Source: Chrysomallon squamiferum (lineage: Eukaryota > Animalia > Mollusca). Taken from it: 64,000 bases of DNA. A program made the translations under genes and the position numbers. Under the pieces are notes generated by a model. It saw only the letters and a list, made by a program, of their open reading frames with translations, searched no databases and was not told where the DNA came from. Below are positions 59,257 through 64,000 of this stretch, piece after piece; positions within the stretch are counted from its first letter, which is position 1; each line of letters starts with the position of its first letter. The stretch lies in NCBI GenBank assembly GCA_012295275.1, contig CM022678.1:9920001-9984000 (forward strand), given 5' to 3'.

Positions 59257-59831
59257 GATAAGGATTAATAGTGAATGAAATATTAAATTTTTCAAGTTAA
59301 AATAAATTTTAAATGGAATAACAGCTGTTGTTATCAAATATTTATTTCATGGAAGACTCAAAAATGATAATCTATATAAATATGTACAGAATTATAAACT
59401 AAAAGCTATTGTGTGTGTGTGCATGTGCATGCTTGTGTACATTTGTGCATGTGCATGCTTGTGTACATTTTTGTATATATATGTGTGTGCATTGTGTTTG
59501 TGACTAAACAAGCATACAATTACACTAATATATACAAACACACACAACAACATATGTTTATATTAATTTCTACAAAGTTTATAACGTATATTTATTAGTA
59601 TAAAACATCTAATGTCTTGTTTATCAATTATTTAGAAAATTCTATTAATCTGTATTTATTACTAATTTCATCTCAAGCAAATGAAGCAATATTAATTTAA
59701 ATTCAAAAGTAATAATCATTTTGTAAATTATCAGTTTATATCTATTTGAATAAAAATTGCAGGCTTTTTTTTAAAAAGTTGAATAATAAACTACAATAAT
59801 GACAATAATAAATTAATAATAAATTTATAAT
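53063..59831 (+). repeat. Segmental duplication, copy B
   Basis: Collinear with 41930-48960, differing by scattered substitutions, microsatellite lengths and indels. Confidence 0.95.
54575..57570 (+). pseudogene. Duplicated 3' half of the LRR-RRM pseudogene
   Basis: Exons 54575-54723, 55003-55110, 55208-55323, 56111-56206, 56753-56828 and 57426-57570 carry the same lesions as copy A. Confidence 0.72.
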
Positions 59832-59978
59832 TACGTTCCTCACACAAATGGCGGGTTTCAGAGAAGCGAAAGGTTTTAACAGTTAAATACAGCTATGCTC
59901 AGAAATTTATAAAACAGTTTTATAACCAGAATGGTCAGAATTTAATTTTATTTATTTTTATTTATTTATTTTATTTTA

Positions 59979-60061
<83 letters not shown>

Positions 60062-60241
60062 TTTTCATATATATAATTTTAGTTATTTTTACAAACTAGG
60101 TAATAGAAGGACATCAAGCGACATATTGGATGTTAATGATTCAGTGTGTTCCATTAGACCGACCAGAAAAATTGTAATTTTCTTCCATTTCATGACAACA
60201 AACATTTCATGACAACAAACATATACACTAAAATAAAATAA

Positions 60242-60272
<31 letters not shown>

Positions 60273-60337
60273 AATAAATAAATAGAATAAGAACATTACA
60301 TTTGAGATTAAATCAGTTTGAAAAAGAAATTTCACAT

Positions 60338-60384
<47 letters not shown>

Positions 60385-60429
60385 TGTGTGCTCATGTACC
60401 GGTATCTGTGATTTATTAAAAACTGGTAT

Positions 60430-62455
<2,026 letters not shown>

Positions 62456-62459
62456 AACA

Positions 62460-62709
62460 AATTGTTCTTAAAAAAAAAATTAAGAATCAAAGTAGCCGTT
62501 TTTCGGTCAATCTAAACCAAGTATTTATAAGTTTTGTAAATTATTTAACCATCAAAAAAGCTGGTGTTCTTAAAAAAAACGTTACATTTTCTGTAATCTA
62601 ATCATGAACCTTTTTTCAAAACCGCAGGTTGATTTATTGATATGTTGTATGTATTTTATTATTATGTAGTCTACGGCCTGAGTGTAAGTAACGTTCAGTT
62701 CAGTTCAGT
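62460..62709 (+). mobile_element. Short 3' fragment of the same LINE family as 10660-12122
   Basis: ccgtttttcggtcaatctaaacca..cattttctgtaatcta.tcatgaa matches 11830-11945. The tail gtagtctacggcctgagtgtaa..(gttca)3gtg matches 12079-12123. Confidence 0.85.
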
Positions 62710-63041
62710 GTGCATTTGTGTTTGTGAAACGTGTGCGTACGTGACTCACTCTTTCTTCGATGAATCAATCAATCAATCAATGAATAAATATGTATATAGT
62801 AAAATATTTATTACGAGATTGTTGTTGTTTTTTTGTTCAGTTGTCTTCATTTCCGTTTGCGTTATGAGTGTTTAGTGCGTACACGGATAGTAGGAATGAA
62901 TGTAGGCGTGTGTGTCTGTATGTCTGTGTGTCTGAAATCAGTGTCTGTGTCTTCCGTTCTCTGCCTTCCAGCTTGTCTCTTCATCTCCTGTCTTTCATTT
63001 GGATCGTCTCATTTTACAGAACCGTATTTTTGTAGTTTTTC

Positions 63042-63170
<129 letters not shown>

Positions 63171-63184
63171 TGTCTTTATTCTTA

Positions 63185-64000
63185 TTTTCAAATTTGTATT
63201 CCTATCTGACCGTGTTTATAACTACCGCTACCACTGCTACAATTTATATTACTACTACTGCTTCAACTACTACTACTACTATACTACTTCTATTATTACT
63301 ACTACTACTATTACCGCTGCCACTGATACAATTTATACTACTACTACTTCTACTATTACTACTACTGCTACTACTGCTACAAACTATACTACTACTACTA
63401 TAAACTATACTACTACTACTACAAACTATACTACTGCTATTACTACAACTACTACTACTACTATACTACTACTACTATTACCGCTGCCACTGATACAATT
63501 TATAGTACTACTACTTCTTCTACTACTCCACCTCCTATTATTACTATTACTAACAATAATAATATTTAATACAAAAATAATGTAATAAAAATGTTTCAAG
63601 CCGTTTTTACCATAATACACGATACCAAGCAGTTCAGTCTTTCAAGAGTTTTGTACATGACAGACATTGTCAGCGACTGAACAGATGAGAAAACTTAATA
63701 CTGTTATTATTGATATTATTATTGTTAATATTATTATTATTGTTATTATTATTATTATTATTGTTACTGTTATTATAATAATTATTATTCTCAATAATTA
63801 TTATTGTTATTTTCAAATTTGTATTCCTATCTGTCCGTGTATATAACCACCGCTACTACTGCTACAATTTATACTACTACTACTATACTACTTCTACTAT
63901 TACTACTACTACTATTACCGCTGCCACTGATACAATTTATACTACTACTACTATACTACTATTACCGCTGCCACTGGAACAATTTATACTACTACTACTT
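63185..64000 (+). repeat. Nested repeat: ~624-bp outer period with inner ccgctgccactgatacaatttata + (ACT)n units
   Basis: ttcaaatttgtattcctatctg is at ~63188 and ~63812. The inner motif is at ~63314, 63481, 63918 and 63965. The array runs off the window end. Confidence 0.85.

Overview
AT-rich, microsatellite-dense animal genomic DNA, most likely a mollusc/lophotrochozoan (inferred from the repeat types and mosaic CpG depletion). It has two 200-N gaps. I found no intact protein-coding gene, and nearly all ORFs in the supplied track are microsatellite artefacts. Hand-reading splice signals reveals three decayed multi-exon genes. (1) A minus-strand IRAG/MRVI1/LRMP(Jaw1)-like relic lies at ~23.0-35.1 kb. 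(2) A plus-strand gene joining RNI-type leucine-rich repeats to an RRM-like C-terminus lies at 37.5-46.4 kb; it is interrupted by a Ty3/Gypsy element and its 3' half is duplicated ~11 kb downstream. (3) A minus-strand RRM3 fragment of the A1CF/RBM46/RBM47/hnRNP R-Q family lies at 51.1-51.7 kb, with part of its coding sequence amplified into a 5x50-bp tandem array. Genes 1 and 2 diverge head-to-head from a CpG-retaining segment at ~35.7-36.4 kb. Other content: two LINE (RTE-X-like) remnants, a pogo/Tigger-type TIR end, SINE-like tails, a ~1.5-kb composite repeat family, minisatellite arrays, a perfect 50-bp inverted repeat and a 2-kb (CA)-based tract. All translations and coordinates were derived by eye; no database searches were run.
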